Part shown: one piece after another, positions 1 through 12,390 of the stretch
Layout: each line of letters opens with the position of its first letter
Numbering within the stretch: the stretch's first letter is position 1
DNA from: Octopus sinensis
Lineage: Eukaryota
Reading direction: 5' to 3'
Assembly: GCF_006345805.1 (NCBI RefSeq)
Contig: NC_042999.1
Coordinates: 35,092,001 to 35,156,000 of the forward strand
DNA length: 64,000 nucleotides
Program-made: the position numbers and the translations under genes
Notes under the pieces: generated by a model
What the model was told of the DNA's origin: nothing
What the model saw: the letters and a program-made list of their open reading frames with translations, nothing else
Databases searched by the model: none

Positions 1-190
1 CTACAAATATACATATGATCAGTAGGGTAGAACATCACAGAAAGGAAAATAGTGTAATCACCAAAATAGGATGAAGTCAGACTAACTAGGCAGGAGTTAT
101 CATGGGATAATATTACATATAGCACACCATATACCATAACATATAGCATATAACATAGGCAATGCAATTTAATTTACCATATAATATAAT

Positions 191-570
191 GTGGAGACGC
201 AATGGCTCAGTGGTTAGGGCAGCGGACTCGCGGTCGTAGAATCGCGGTTTCGATTCCCAGACCGGGCGTTGTGAGTGTTTATTGAGCGAAAACACCTAAA
301 AGCTCCACGAGGCTCCGGCAGGGAGTGGTGGTGATCCCTGCTGTACTATTTCACCACAACTTTCTCTCACTCTTACTTCCTGTTTCTGTTGTACCTGTAT
401 TTCAAAGAGCCGGCCTTGTCACTCTCTGTGTCACGCTGAATATCCCCGAGAACTGCGTTAAGGGTACACGTGTCTGTGGAGTGCTCAGTTAATTTCACGA
501 GCAGGCTGTTCCGTTGATCGGATCAACCGGAACCCTCGTCGTCGTAACCGACGGAGTGCTTCCATCCATA
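191..570 (+). mobile_element. tRNA-derived SINE (family C)
   Basis: tRNA-like head with A box (TGGCTCAGTGG) and B box (GTTTCGATTCC), followed by a non-tRNA body; no tRNA 3' acceptor stem. Confidence 0.8.
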
Positions 571-1029
571 ACATAATATCCCATGATTTTATTATATTTA
601 ATACTGGAGGGTAAGTTTATAACGGATACGACACCATAATTAATTTCCACCATCAAAGTTCATGTATGGCACCTATAATCGTTAATTTCGAAAATACTTA
701 AATGTACGAGTGACGCTATGCACGCATGACACCCTTAGGTTTAATCTATTATTAATCGGTTGTTCTTGTTCCTAGACTTAAAAGTCTCATAAGTTTTCAT
801 AGAGCACAGCTCACACCCGTATTAACTATCTCTATAAAGTTGCGCTCTCGGTGTTATATCCCGCTTTCCTTCAGTTCCCAAATCTTGCTAGATAAGAACG
901 CACAAATGGCTTTATGTTTGAGTCTAAAAGATGAAAATTGTTTTTTTCATATTTATCAAACATCCTATATATATAAAGTTAGCAGCCTCAGTTACGATTG
1001 TACTTTTATAAATTACGTTTTGGATTAGA

Positions 1030-1116
1030 CATCAACCTAATAACGGACAGTGGGATTTAACTCTACAGTTGCAACCAGGAGCATTACTACTATTAATATT
1101 ATTGATATTCCTATCA

Positions 1117-1150
<34 letters not shown>

Positions 1151-1550
1151 CATTATTATTATTATTATTATTATTCCTACTATTGTCATCCGTGTTATTT
1201 TTATTTATGTTGTTATTTATACTTCCTTCAACTGTAGTATCATTTAAATTCATCTCAGCATCAACCGGCATTGTGTCAGTAATGCCTGCGCTAGGATAAC
1301 CTTCGCAGTCACAGTCTATATTGTACATATTAAATGTGCTAGTACTGTTGTTTCTAATTCCTACATCACCATTAATATTATTCTCAATGTAGTTTACATT
1401 AGTGTTGGCAATAATATTATTATTATTAACTCCTCTTGCCGGTTTTGTATTCTTCCTGTTTAACCTGGCTATGATGGTACCTATATTGGGGACGGTAGAA
1501 TACGACGTTCTGTCTTACGGGAAAATATTTATGGGAAGCAGGGAAGTCTT
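1030..1550 (-). mobile_element. Penelope-like element remnant (linker before the GIY-YIG domain)
   Basis: Minus strand reads SYSTVPNIGTIIARLNRK...CNCRVKSHCPLLG, matching the PLE SYSCxxN.xxII / CNCRxxxxCPLxG motifs; internal (AAT)n expansion. Confidence 0.7.
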
Positions 1551-1608
1551 TTTTTAAAATTGCCTATATACACACACACACATACACACACACACGCGCG
1601 CGCGCGCA

Positions 1609-1639
<31 letters not shown>

Positions 1640-1643
<4 letters not shown>

Positions 1644-2030
1644 GGAATAAAATTTATATATAAAGAAACAAGAACGTGAAATACACAAAGGGATGAACAC
1701 AGAAAACAGACGGGTCATTCGAAGCCTTTAATCTTCAGTCAGAAACCGGATCATCATAGAAAATTTCGGCTGATTAATTCTGATATTTGCTCCAACGCGG
1801 CCAGCCCCAAGGAAAAACTAAGCTGTGAGCATTAGATTTCTTGGAAAAAGGAGCGAATGTAAACTCAACAGGGACGAATATAAATATGAAAAACGAAAAC
1901 AAAAATAAAAAAACAAGAATGGTTAATAACAGGATAACAGCAGGTGTCTTACGACTTTAGACCAAATGAGGCAAATATAACTTATCTAGCAGGCGTGTTT
2001 GGAAAATTGCCTTTTCGGCAATATATATAT
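1640..2030 (-). mobile_element. Probable PLE pseudo-LTR/terminal fragment
   Basis: Bounded by (TA)n; A-rich layout like the PLE termini at 25.4, 33.4 and 36.0 kb. Confidence 0.35.
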
Positions 2031-2668
2031 ATATGTGTATGTGTACTACCTTTCTATAAATATGCATGTTATAATATAGAAATTAAGAAAGACTTAGTAA
2101 ATATATCCCTCTTTCTCTCTTACTGACAGTGTCTATGGGAAAACTAAAGCTGAATTATGCAAATACTTTCCAAATACACAGACTTCTTTAGGTACCAATT
2201 AAATTAAACTGACATTCGTAAAGAATTTATCTCTTCCAGTTTTATCGCAATGATATTTAAATATATTCTCCAACCCTTCAGAGAAAAACTTGGCTTACAA
2301 GAATCTTCCATCATACTCAAATACATTAAACTTGTTTTATGTTTGTGCTGAGGGGAGAGAATCATATTGAACATTCAATCGAAAGTGTATATTAATCCTA
2401 AGAAATCAAAATATATTAATGTAAACGTCTTTGTTTTCTTCTGTACTTAGAAATCTGGATAAATTCTTGATTCGAAAAATGTTTACTGTCAAAGAAGATA
2501 AATTAACCAACTACCAGTGTTCTCATATGTATCTTCAGTTTCTTATATACCATCTTATATACTATAGAAATAAATAAAATGTACCATACATCTGTTCTAT
2601 TTGTCAGTTGCCTTACTCATAAATATTCTATTCGTTAAAAGTTTCTATATAATATTATCATACTGGTT

Positions 2669-2866
2669 AAGGTGGCGAGTAGGCAGAATCGTTAGCACGC
2701 CGGCCGAAATACTTGGCGGCATTCGTCTATCTTTACATTTTGAGTTCAAATTTCGCCGTCATCGACTTTGCCTTACATCCTTTCGAGGTAGAGCACTGGA
2801 GTCCATTTAATCGACTTATCGCCTCCTCCAAATTACTGGATTTGGGCCAAAATTTGAAACCAATAT
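2669..2866 (+). mobile_element. tRNA-derived SINE (family B), diverged
   Basis: AAGGTGGCGAGTAGGCAGAATCGTTAGCACGCCGG...GAGTTCAAATT head shared with the copies at 49843, 57629, 59030 and 59385. Confidence 0.85.
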
Positions 2867-3109
2867 CACTGTACTGGAAACAAATAGTTTACAACAAACA
2901 ATATATGATGATATATTTCAGATAAAACTGACCATATCCACAAGCTAACAGTTTGCTAGTGTCAACAAGCATGTAATTCCAGACAAGCGGGCATCACGAG
3001 AGGCACGTACATAACCTTTCAGACTTCACTCATTTCAGTTATTTATAACTCTCATCTTTCCCGTATCGCATATTTTACTGATATATCTGCGACGATTTCA
3101 TCTCAATCG

Positions 3110-3322
3110 AAGGAGAGGGGGTTTCTCCGTCCGGGTTGCGGATCCGTGGAATAAGCTACCGGACGAGATAGTGAAGATGCCGACGACCGCTCGGTTCAAA
3201 GTCTCTGTTGACGAGAAATGGCCTGAACTCATTGCATGAACACCCTCCCTGTACATAACTCCATGTCCCCCTACATAGCCTTGCTTTTTGCTTTTTGAGC
3301 CAAATTAACTTAACTTAACTTA
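3110..3322 (+). mobile_element. CR1/L2-type LINE 3' end (5'-truncated)
   Basis: Encodes SVRVADPWNKLPDEIVKMPTTARFKVSVDEKWPELIA*, typical of a CR1/L2 C-terminus; (TAACT)n tail; second copy at 10849. Confidence 0.8.
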
Positions 3323-3896
3323 ACTTATATATATTGTTTTCAAAATCGAAACCTTACGTCCTAAAAGCTATTCAAAATGGTTGTCACAGCTACATCAATG
3401 GATCGTTCAGAAAAGGACGTTAATAAGCCTATTGGTAAATTTCAATCTGCATATTAATTTAGCATTGGTTACCTCACCTTGATGCCAGCACGCACACTCC
3501 ACGCCATATTTTTCCAGACTTTTTCAAGAAGTATTTTCTATTCTACCACCAACAGGCAGTTGCACCACTTTCCCTACATTCACTATTGTATGTTCTAAGA
3601 CTTCAAATACAATTGCTGATTATTCTACTTTCTATGAACAGTGATTTAAGATGAAATTAATCTAGTTCGTAACTTGTGTTGGTATGTTCCTGGTGCCAGA
3701 CTGACTAGAAGCTAATACCTTATTCCTCAACAACAAGCTCTATAATAGTAAACAAATATTGAATTTCAAAAGAGGCTATTAGAATAGGAATTTTACCATA
3801 TTTAAGTTATTGGTTTCTTTAGTTTTTATTGAATATGGTGGCTTCAAACTTTTGAGAAGTGGAAGAGAATTTGTAATATTCATGCTTTCAAAAGAC

Positions 3897-4036
<140 letters not shown>

Positions 4037-4039
4037 TTT

Positions 4040-4168
4040 CTAATTTTGACTAGCAATTTTGAAGGGAGGGGTCGGTCTATTACAGCGCCCTCAGTATTAA
4101 ATCGATACCTTATTTTATCAAGCACGAAAGAATGAAAGACAAAGACGACCCCAGCGGAATTTGAACTG
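4040..4168 (-). mobile_element. SINE family B fragment
   Basis: GAAAGAATGAAAGACAAAGACGACCCCAGCGGAATTTGAACT is the reverse complement of the family B body. Confidence 0.65.
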
Positions 4169-5520
4169 GCGTTAACCTTTTTGTTCCTCGTGCAAACGAA
4201 TCTACCGATTCCTCGCCTTTATAAAGAGCTAATTATACCGTTAATCTCTAATGTTCCACCACGAAGCAGTTACTTTACGCAATTATAAATGAGTCTGCGA
4301 TGCACATGTGATATATGAATACAGATTTGTTTAATTTCTGCAAAGAAAATATTTTATACAAACACGAAAAAAAGAACAATATTTACCACTTTATCTTTAA
4401 ATCATATTTTAAGTTTAAAATTTATCTTCAAATTAATTCGATATAATTCTTTAATTTTTCTAACCACATAGAATTTGTAAAAATGCACTCAAGCTAACTC
4501 AAAATTATTTGTACTGGCAACTATCGAAAGAAAAATAATGCTTACGGAAATAAACAAGAAATGACTAGGAAGCAATTTTTTTATTTTTATGAAATAACAC
4601 AATATTTGTATTAGGTGTTAAATTCCATTTTTCTTTCTCACATATTGACTATCAAGATATTTCAAAATGTATCAATACAATTAATAAAGCAAATTATTTA
4701 ATACCTTAACATCCCATAAATTAACCCAGTTTCAGAATTTCCTGCTTTCCCTTGTTTTTCTCAAATGGAGTTTTTGTTGTAACACATTGATGTTATTAAT
4801 TTTTTCCCTCTCAATTCTGAAACAACATCCGGCAGTAACTTGGACTCGTTTCAAAAAATTAATCTTAGTATTCATTTAAAATTTGCTTTTTCCTCTTTAC
4901 TTCTCTCCTTCGTACATCGATCGCTTTGTGTATTTTGCCTTTGAAAAATTATCATTTCGGTTAGAGTTTAATTGGCCAATTTTATCTGCATAAAACTCGC
5001 TTACACTTCGGAAAAACGTTACAGTCAGTTAAAATAATATAATCAATACGTGCGCTTATTAATAAAATCGATACCGCTGTACTGAGATTTCAAATAAATG
5101 CCACGAAACTGTTGTCTCTTTTGGTTGAGAAAAATAAATCTGGAGATCTGAAGCGAAAAATTATATTTATTTTTTCCAAGTAATTTTTCACTTTCATCTT
5201 TCACTTCATCTTTCAGAAACAGATTGACAGAAACAAACAAAATTAACAATAAATTATCTTCTAAATATTTTGACGTAGCATATGACATCACCAATGAACA
5301 TTGTGGGTGGTTTGTGCATTTTACAGATTTTGGTGAGTTATTGAAGTCGCTATAACTTTCGGCAGAAATTGTTAGATTTCATCTTTTTCAGCTATCACTG
5401 TTTTTTCTTTTTTTCTTTTTAGACAAGTTGAAATTAAGTTTAGCTGAAAGCCACATGCGTATACACACATAGACATACGTTACGCACACATTCTCATACA
5501 CATTAATACACACACACAAA

Positions 5521-5872
5521 TATGGACCACGGGCTATACGTCCCCTGCCAAATTCAAGATCACAACATACATGTACACTGCAACATAATTTCTTTTCCTC
5601 AAGAGGCCCTGCCCTATTTAACATTGTCCCGAGGGAGATCAAAGAGGAAAAGGATCCCATCAACTTCAAACAGAGTCTGGATAGATTCCTTCAAAGAATA
5701 CCAGACAAGCCACCCATAATTGGATACAACTCACCCAACAAGAACTCACTACTTGAACAAAACTTGACTTAAACAGGATTCGAGTAATCCTATCAGGTGG
5801 TGCTATTAAGTTAGACATGGCCTGGACCAATCTCTGGTCGAAACATATCTAAGTTTTATCTAAGTTCTAAGT
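5521..5872 (+). mobile_element. 5'-truncated copy of the CR1-like LINE at 50.5-55.1 kb (3' end, 3' UTR and tail)
   Basis: Aligns to the reverse complement of 50470-50820, including ATAATTTCTTTTCCTCAA, TTAAGTTAGAC and the (ATCTAAGTT)-like tail. Confidence 0.85.
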
Positions 5873-5984
5873 TTTATATATATACATATACATACATATA
5901 TATACATATGTATATATATATATATATACATACACATATATATATATATATATAATATATATATGTATATATATACATACACAT

Positions 5985-6068
<84 letters not shown>
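5873..6068. repeat. (TA)n-rich microsatellite
   Basis: Directly visible. Confidence 0.95.
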
Positions 6069-6071
<3 letters not shown>

Positions 6072-6599
6072 TGTAAAAAGGTTGAATTTAGATTCGTCCT
6101 TTAATTTGGAGGTTTTCAAAAAAGATTTCTAATATTGATTCAACAAGCGTAAATTTGCGAATATGAAAATAATACATCTATATGATGTATTGTGGATTTA
6201 TGGAAAGAAAACCTATAAAATTCAATAATTTAGTTAAAAATGGAGAAGGAAGTTGTTAAAATATATAAGAGAATTTTAATTTAAGCAGATGATCGTTTCG
6301 TACAGAGATATAAAAATAATGCAAATTCATAATTGAACTGAATAAAATTATTTAATTAATTAATTATACATCAATTTACTCTTCATTTCAAGCAGTATTA
6401 ACAAAATATTTACAAAGAACTTGTGTAAGGAAATAGCAGAATAGAATCTAGCAGATTCATATTTATCCTTATGAGAAAAAACAGATCTGATTCCAGTTAG
6501 GTATTAACTATAACTGAAGGTTAACTTTATTAGATCCATTAGAATGATAATTAATAAAACCTTAATTACATCCTTCAAAATAATAATAATAACTTCTAA

Positions 6600-7270
6600 A
6601 ACTCTAAATGTGCTAAAATAAAGAAATTAAATTTTCAGTCTCTCCAAATCTCTTTAGGATAATCTCTTCTAACAATAAGAAACTGGATCTATTCTATAAA
6701 AAAAAACTTCGTTAAATGTACCTAGTACCTCCAATAATCCTATAATTAGCAACTACTATAATGAGAAAAACCGGAACTCTATTATCCCTAATAAATATAG
6801 ACATAACAGTATAGTACCACACACTAATTTTAATTGTAATTTTAGAGGCCCAAATGCCTGTGAAGTAGATAGAAATTGCAAAATGAAAGAAGTTGTATAC
6901 CAAGCAATTATTATTACTCGGGGCTCCTCTAGATACATATACGTGGGTTGCACGAAAAATTCACTTACATCGAGAATTTATTAAGACGGATCTTCTTTTC
7001 GGGACCCTAGAAAAGACGGTCTATCTAAAACAGATCTATCTATAAAAAAAATTGGTACCTCGAAAGAAAAGATATTGATTTCTCAGTTTCTTGTAAAACT
7101 TCTGCCTCGTTTTACAGAAATAGAAATAGAGTAATAAAAGTTGTAAGTTGTGTTTTGAAGAAAACTATAGCATCATGAGAATAAATGGAAATTTGGTTAA
7201 TACTAGTGATGAAAAAGTTTCCTCATGCATACACATGACCAAATTCCCATTTATCAATCTTAAATAATTC
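6600..7270 (+). mobile_element. Penelope-like element, decayed GIY-YIG endonuclease region
   Basis: Reads NCNFRGPNACEVDRNCKMKEVVYQAIIITRGSSRYIYVGCTKNSLTSRIY*...CKLCFEENYSIMRINGNLVNTSDEKVSSCIHMTKF, covering the VVYQA, YIG and CxLCxxE..CxH motifs of PLE endonucleases; contains stops. Confidence 0.8.
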
Positions 7271-9088
7271 TTCGCTCTCCCTCGCTTAGATTAGTTTATG
7301 ATGTTTTTTTTAATATTTCTATATATTATCTTTTTCTATGGAATACGATTACTCATCACACCCACTTCACATCACTACATCTTACACTATCATGGTATTC
7401 TTTTATTTAACATTTCCTTCAAACAATTGCAAGACCCACTATATATAGGGCCAACACTTTATCTATCTCTCCCCACACCTCCTTTTCTCTCAATATGTCT
7501 GGGGTTTTTTTTAATTATATCTTTCATTATTATATTTTATAACTATAATTTTTGTATGTTATTTTATTTGCATAATGTGTCCATCTATCCTCCTCAACAT
7601 ACCCATTCTAACAATTACTGGTTTATGTTACTTGTCACTATACCTGATAATCAAATATATTTTACTGCTGATATATGCAAACATGTATGCACATATAGTA
7701 CTCGTTGGTGCCCTACATGTCTACAACCATGTGTACATATCTATGTATTGATCTTATATGTCATCTGTGTGTGTATATCTATTATTTTGTGCTTATTTAC
7801 CATATGTTGCCACCCCACTAACATGTATTTTTTAATATGAAAGTGTGTATCTACGTATATAAGTATGTGTCGCATACACACATATATACTACTATTTTAT
7901 TATATGTGTATGCATTATATCTATATGTGTCCGCCTTTTCTCTCTTTGCAGCGCTAAGAGTATATATATTTTTTGTACGGTATTTCTTCTTTTATGTATA
8001 ACCTAACCAAAAACTAGCTAGAATTTCTATGTCTATGTATACTAATGTGAAAATATGCCTCTACTCACGCATGAGTTAATATACTGGCACTTTTCCTTTT
8101 AAAATTATCTTTTTCTTTGACATTATATTTAAATTTATTTCTATACTTATGTGAACCCCCATACTCGTACCTTTTCTTATATTCATAATACACAATACTC
8201 TTCTATTACTTGAATATTAACACTACCCTAATACCATTAAATATCCCTCTCACATTATACCAAGCTAGTTTCTTAACTCATAATTTTTATTTATACTAAA
8301 ACAGCTATTATATAACCTTACATATCAATACATATAAAATAAACCCATTACTTACTATTTCCATTCCCAGCTCATTTATCTCCCCTACATTTTTTTTTCT
8401 CTATTTTCAGCTCAGAGCTGCGGCCATGCTGATGCACCGCCGTTAAATACATTTGATTAATTTTTCCATATTTCAACATCCATTATCTATCTCAACTTCA
8501 CTTTTTTCCTCTTTATAGCCACTGTAAGTATTTACTATCTAAATTTTAATATTAACAACTATTTTTTCTGCTTTTACTTTTTTTTTCTACCTTATATTTG
8601 ATACATACTAACGAATATTAGTTCTTATGCAAACATAAGTCCATCTTACACTTCTTATTCTCTCTTTAACCCTTTTTACATCTTTTAAAGTCATTGGGAA
8701 TACAAATATAAATGACTGGTTTGAAATAGTATGAAACGATAGATTTACTCAGGAAGTGCACATTTCTGTTACTCGGATATTAGGTATTTCTGTTACAGTT
8801 TATAATTTCAAAAAACATTAAATTGTATTTAATCCTTCTGCAAATGGATGATGGAAAACTGTAGAAAAGGATGTAGATGATGGAAAACTGTAGAAATTAT
8901 GGAAATAGAGAAATATAATTCACTAATTTGGTATATTTAAATGAATTAAATTTTCAAATCCATAATCAGATTGATAATGTCCATAGATAATGTCACTCTG
9001 ATTAGTACACAAATTAAAACTTGGAGTCAGAACACAAACGTTCTCATTGCGATTCCAGTCAGATATTTTATGCGTAAGCAGCCTATGT

Positions 9089-9137
9089 AAAGGCGGCGAG
9101 CAGGCAGAAACGTTAGCACCCCGGGCAAAATGCTTAT
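9089..9137 (+). mobile_element. SINE family B head fragment
   Basis: AAGGCGGCGAGCAGGCAGAAACGTTAGCACCCCGGGCAAAATGCTTA. Confidence 0.7.
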
Positions 9138-9362
9138 TGAAGGAAGGCCATCCTCTCCCAAGTTTAGTTGTTTTTGAAATGTCATCGATGCCTGAAAAGC
9201 AAAGTTACTTTGCTTTTCTTTTGGGCATGGGTGTTGGGAAAGAGATTGCCCATGTTAGCTTGGCCTTTACTCTTTGACCTGTTTAGCATGGGCGGCTTCA
9301 CCAGGAGCTAGTGTTCCGCTTGGATAACTCTCGTGGTCATTGAGACACGCAGGCTACCACAC
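9138..9362 (-). mobile_element. RTE-type LINE 5' leader fragment
   Basis: CTCAATGACC...CTGGTGAAGCCGCCCATGCTAAACAGGTCAAAGAGTAAAGG; homologous to 63110-63320, which is joined to an RTE C-terminus. Confidence 0.6.
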
Positions 9363-9364
9363 TA

Positions 9365-9438
9365 CATGCATACATACATACATACATACATACATACATA
9401 CATACATACATACATACATACATACATACATACATACA
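9365..9438. repeat. (TACA)n microsatellite / RTE tail
   Basis: Directly visible, immediately 3' of the RTE end on the minus strand. Confidence 0.9.
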
Positions 9439-9439
9439 T

Positions 9440-10090
9440 TATTATGGCTGCCCCTTCGTTATCGAGTATGGCCATTGCACGAAGCTTAACTGTTACTGGT
9501 GCTGTGATCGAATGTGACTTTTTAGCCCAGCCAAATATCTACAATGTCTTGTACAGAATTGGCAACTAAAACCTTTACCGGTAATAGCCGGCTGTACTTG
9601 TAACTGGGCTTCATGTACCTTTGCATGTCGTTTAAGTCCTCCTGCCGAATTACACTCTCTTCCACATGCCTGATAGATATGATTAGTATGGTGTGTAACA
9701 CCACCACCAGTGGCCAGGTTGTCACTCATCTGTCTCGCTTTATGACTACGAAGATGACTCTTGAGTCCAACTTTACTGAGGCAGGGTCTTACACAGACAC
9801 TGCATGTCAGCATCATAGGAAAACCCTTCCCATCTGGAAGTGTAACAGCGATGCCCTTCCTGACATCCTTCCTTACTTTCTCATGTGGCTGTCGAGATTT
9901 CTCAAAAGTAGCTGTCCCCTCGTGCACAATCCTTCTCCACCTGCTACGATCGATAGCTATGCCTTCCCATGTGTCAGGAGAGATGCAAGCATCTCTTAAG
10001 GAAGCCTTCAGCAAGTCCTTATCGAGTAACAAGCATATGGATATTACAAGTAGGTCCATCGTTCCATTATGTCGTTTATCTGTCATTTAT
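9440..10090 (-). mobile_element. RTE-clade LINE 3' end (ORF2 C-terminus with three C2H2-type fingers)
   Basis: KDLLKASLRDACISPDTWEGIAIDRSRWRRIVHEG is the RTE W...A.DR..WR motif; followed by CSVC..HLRSH, YQAC..HAKVH and CQFC..HIRSQH; 3' UTR also present at 12323. Confidence 0.85.
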
Positions 10091-10426
10091 GATTTTATTC
10101 ATACTGAGCAAAATAATTAAATCAACATTTAGCCCTAAAAACATTTTAATATATAATAATACGTGGGACAAAGTATGGCTCTGTGGTTATGATGTTTGCC
10201 TCACAACATTGCAGTGTGAGATTTGTTAAAACTGTGCGTTAGATTGCATCATCACTGGCAGTGGATTTCATAAATGTGGAAGTTAATATATTCTATTTGT
10301 TCTATGATTTTTCACTGATTTATTCCTATGCGAAATACTTTCTTATAATATAGATACTTCCATCTAATTATGTATGTGTGTGTGAGAGAGAGTGAGTGTG
10401 TAAGCGTGTGTGTGTGTGTGTGTGTG

Positions 10427-10457
<31 letters not shown>

Positions 10458-10848
10458 GTAAGCCTAAAATCTCTGATTCTGTCATGTTTTATGACTTTTT
10501 TCTATATAACTATTTTTTTTAAATATTGATTTGTATCGATTTCTGAATTTATCATAAACTATTTGCTTTACTCACTGTCTATTTCTTCCCCCTCCTTTCT
10601 CTCTCTCTCTCTCTCATCTTTATTTCTTTGCTGTCTAACTATATTATTTATATTCAATAACTCTCGAGGAATCATTTTTTTTTATATATATCATTCATCC
10701 ATTCAGCATTCTTTAAGTAACTATACGTATTTCTTTTCTCTTAAATCATTAACTGAGATCATTCTTTTTTTTTTTTCAAATTCTTTCTAATCTATATAGT
10801 CTTCATCTCTAAATATTCCACACCTCTTCCAATACATGTTCTCCTGAA

Positions 10849-11060
10849 GGAGAGGGGCTTTTTCCGTCCGGGTTGCGGATCCGTCGAATAAGCTGCCGGA
10901 CGAGATGGTGAAGATGCCGACGACCGCTCGGTTCAAAGTCTCCCTTGACCACAAGTGGCCTGAACTCTTTACATGAACACCACCCTGTACATAACTCCAT
11001 GTCTCCCTACATGGCCTTGCTTTTTTGCTTTTTGAGCCAAAAAACTAACTAACTAACTAA
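10849..11060 (+). mobile_element. CR1/L2-type LINE 3' end, second copy
   Basis: Highly similar to 3110-3322; (AACT)n tail. Confidence 0.8.
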
Positions 11061-11069
11061 CATATATCA

Positions 11070-11400
11070 GCCTTTTTGAAAGTGTTTCCTTTTAAACCGA
11101 GACATGACTACATCATCTGTAGAGGTTTTGCTTTTTGACAGAAATTGGTATAGTGGTATTCAGGATGGGGCGAGTATGTAATATTGACGTGGCTTTGGTT
11201 GTGGTTGGAGATTTGTGAGACTATGTTGTCTAACAAACGCTCTGTTTTACGTAATTTTGGTTAAATATTTTCTGATATATATGTGAAGTGAAAACTATGT
11301 AGCTGGCAGTAAGAGGAGTTTCTTTACTATGTTTCTGGATACGATTATACTATATGAGGTATTATACCATATTATCTTCCATTTTTTTTTATTGAGTTTT
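11070..11400 (-). mobile_element. Penelope-like element remnant
   Basis: Minus strand KIFNQNYVKQS / LDNIVSQISNHN (frameshifted) resembles the PLE KIFNRNTVKLSYSC.xNxxxIISxHN motif. Confidence 0.55.
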
Positions 11401-11545
11401 TTTTGTGGTGATTATGCTAAGCATGTAAGAAGAAGATAATAAGAAATTCCCCAAAGATGAATAATCATAGACCCCGAATGTTTGTGTGTAATAGCATGTG
11501 TGCGTGTGCATATACAATATGTATGTGTGTGTGCTTGTATGTTTT

Positions 11546-11559
<14 letters not shown>

Positions 11560-11576
<17 letters not shown>

Positions 11577-11872
11577 GTAGGTATTTAGGTAAATATATAT
11601 ATATATATAATTATATATATGTATGTATATATGCATATATATATGTATGCATGTATGTATGTATGTATGTATGCACGTATGTTTGTATGTATGCATGTAT
11701 GCAGGTATGTATGTATGTATGTATGTATGTATGCACGTATGTTTGTATGTATGCATGTATGCAGGTATGTATGTATGTATGTATGTATGTATGTATGTAT
11801 GTATGTATGTATGTATGCATGTATGTATGTATGTATATATGCATGTATGTATGTATATATGTATATATGCAT
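11560..11872. repeat. (TA)n/(TATG)n compound microsatellite with an internal 60-bp duplication
   Basis: The GCACGTATGTTTGTATGTATGCATGTATGCAGGT block occurs twice, 60 bp apart. Confidence 0.9.
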
Positions 11873-12390
11873 GGTCGGGTCGTCGGCGACTAAACCGGCA
11901 ACCCCACCAAGCTTGCTTGGTGAGGAGGGTGTTTATTGGACACCCTGCGGGGTGAAAAACAAAACCCGTCAAAGGGCGGAGGAACTATTGAGAGTCAACG
12001 GCCATCCAATAAATGTCTTAAAGGCTGTATCATGCGCGGGGACATAGAAATAATCGGACTGAATACCCGATCGCACGGTTAAACCATTGGGAGTGAAGGA
12101 CTCCTAGCCTTCGTTAGATCATCCTTCTAGGAAAAGGTAACTCAGGTAACTGGGATAACTCCGACATAAAACCTGTGGCTCAGTGGTTACCGATGATGTT
12201 GACTTGTTCTTCTTTTTGGATTATGGCTGCTGTTGCTTAGTGACTGGGATTAACTCAGTGTACAACCTTTCCTCACTTTAAAAATAATCTTCTTGCACAG
12301 GCATTGTACGATAACAACATTGATTAAGCTTCGTGCAATGGCCATACTCGATAACGAGGGGACAGGGGCAGCCACCATGTATATATGTAT
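11873..12390 (+). mobile_element. Internally deleted (bipartite) RTE-like element: structured 5' leader plus 3' tail
   Basis: 12323-12380 (TTAAGCTTCGTGCAATGGCCATACTCGATAACGA..GGGGCAGCCA) matches the 3' UTR of the RTE at 9440-9490; GC-rich hairpin-rich leader from 11873. Confidence 0.55.

Noticed and set aside
191-265. tRNA gene (also the heads at 15487, 30075, 48372 and 56578)
   Set aside because: A and B boxes are present, but there is no complete cloverleaf or acceptor stem, and each head continues into a SINE body.
1700-1750. Hammerhead in the 1.7 kb PLE-like terminus (minus CTGAAGA..CGAAT)
   Set aside because: There is no GAAA and no convincing stem II, so it cannot be folded into the core.
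7298-7840. 180-aa hydrophobic ORF
   Set aside because: T-rich sequence downstream of a PLE endonuclease with no recognisable domain; the composition explains the open frame.
9613-10120. Plus-strand ORFs over the RTE (and similar antisense ORFs over the LINEs at 42.5 and 51-52 kb)
   Set aside because: These are shadow frames of transposon coding sequence.
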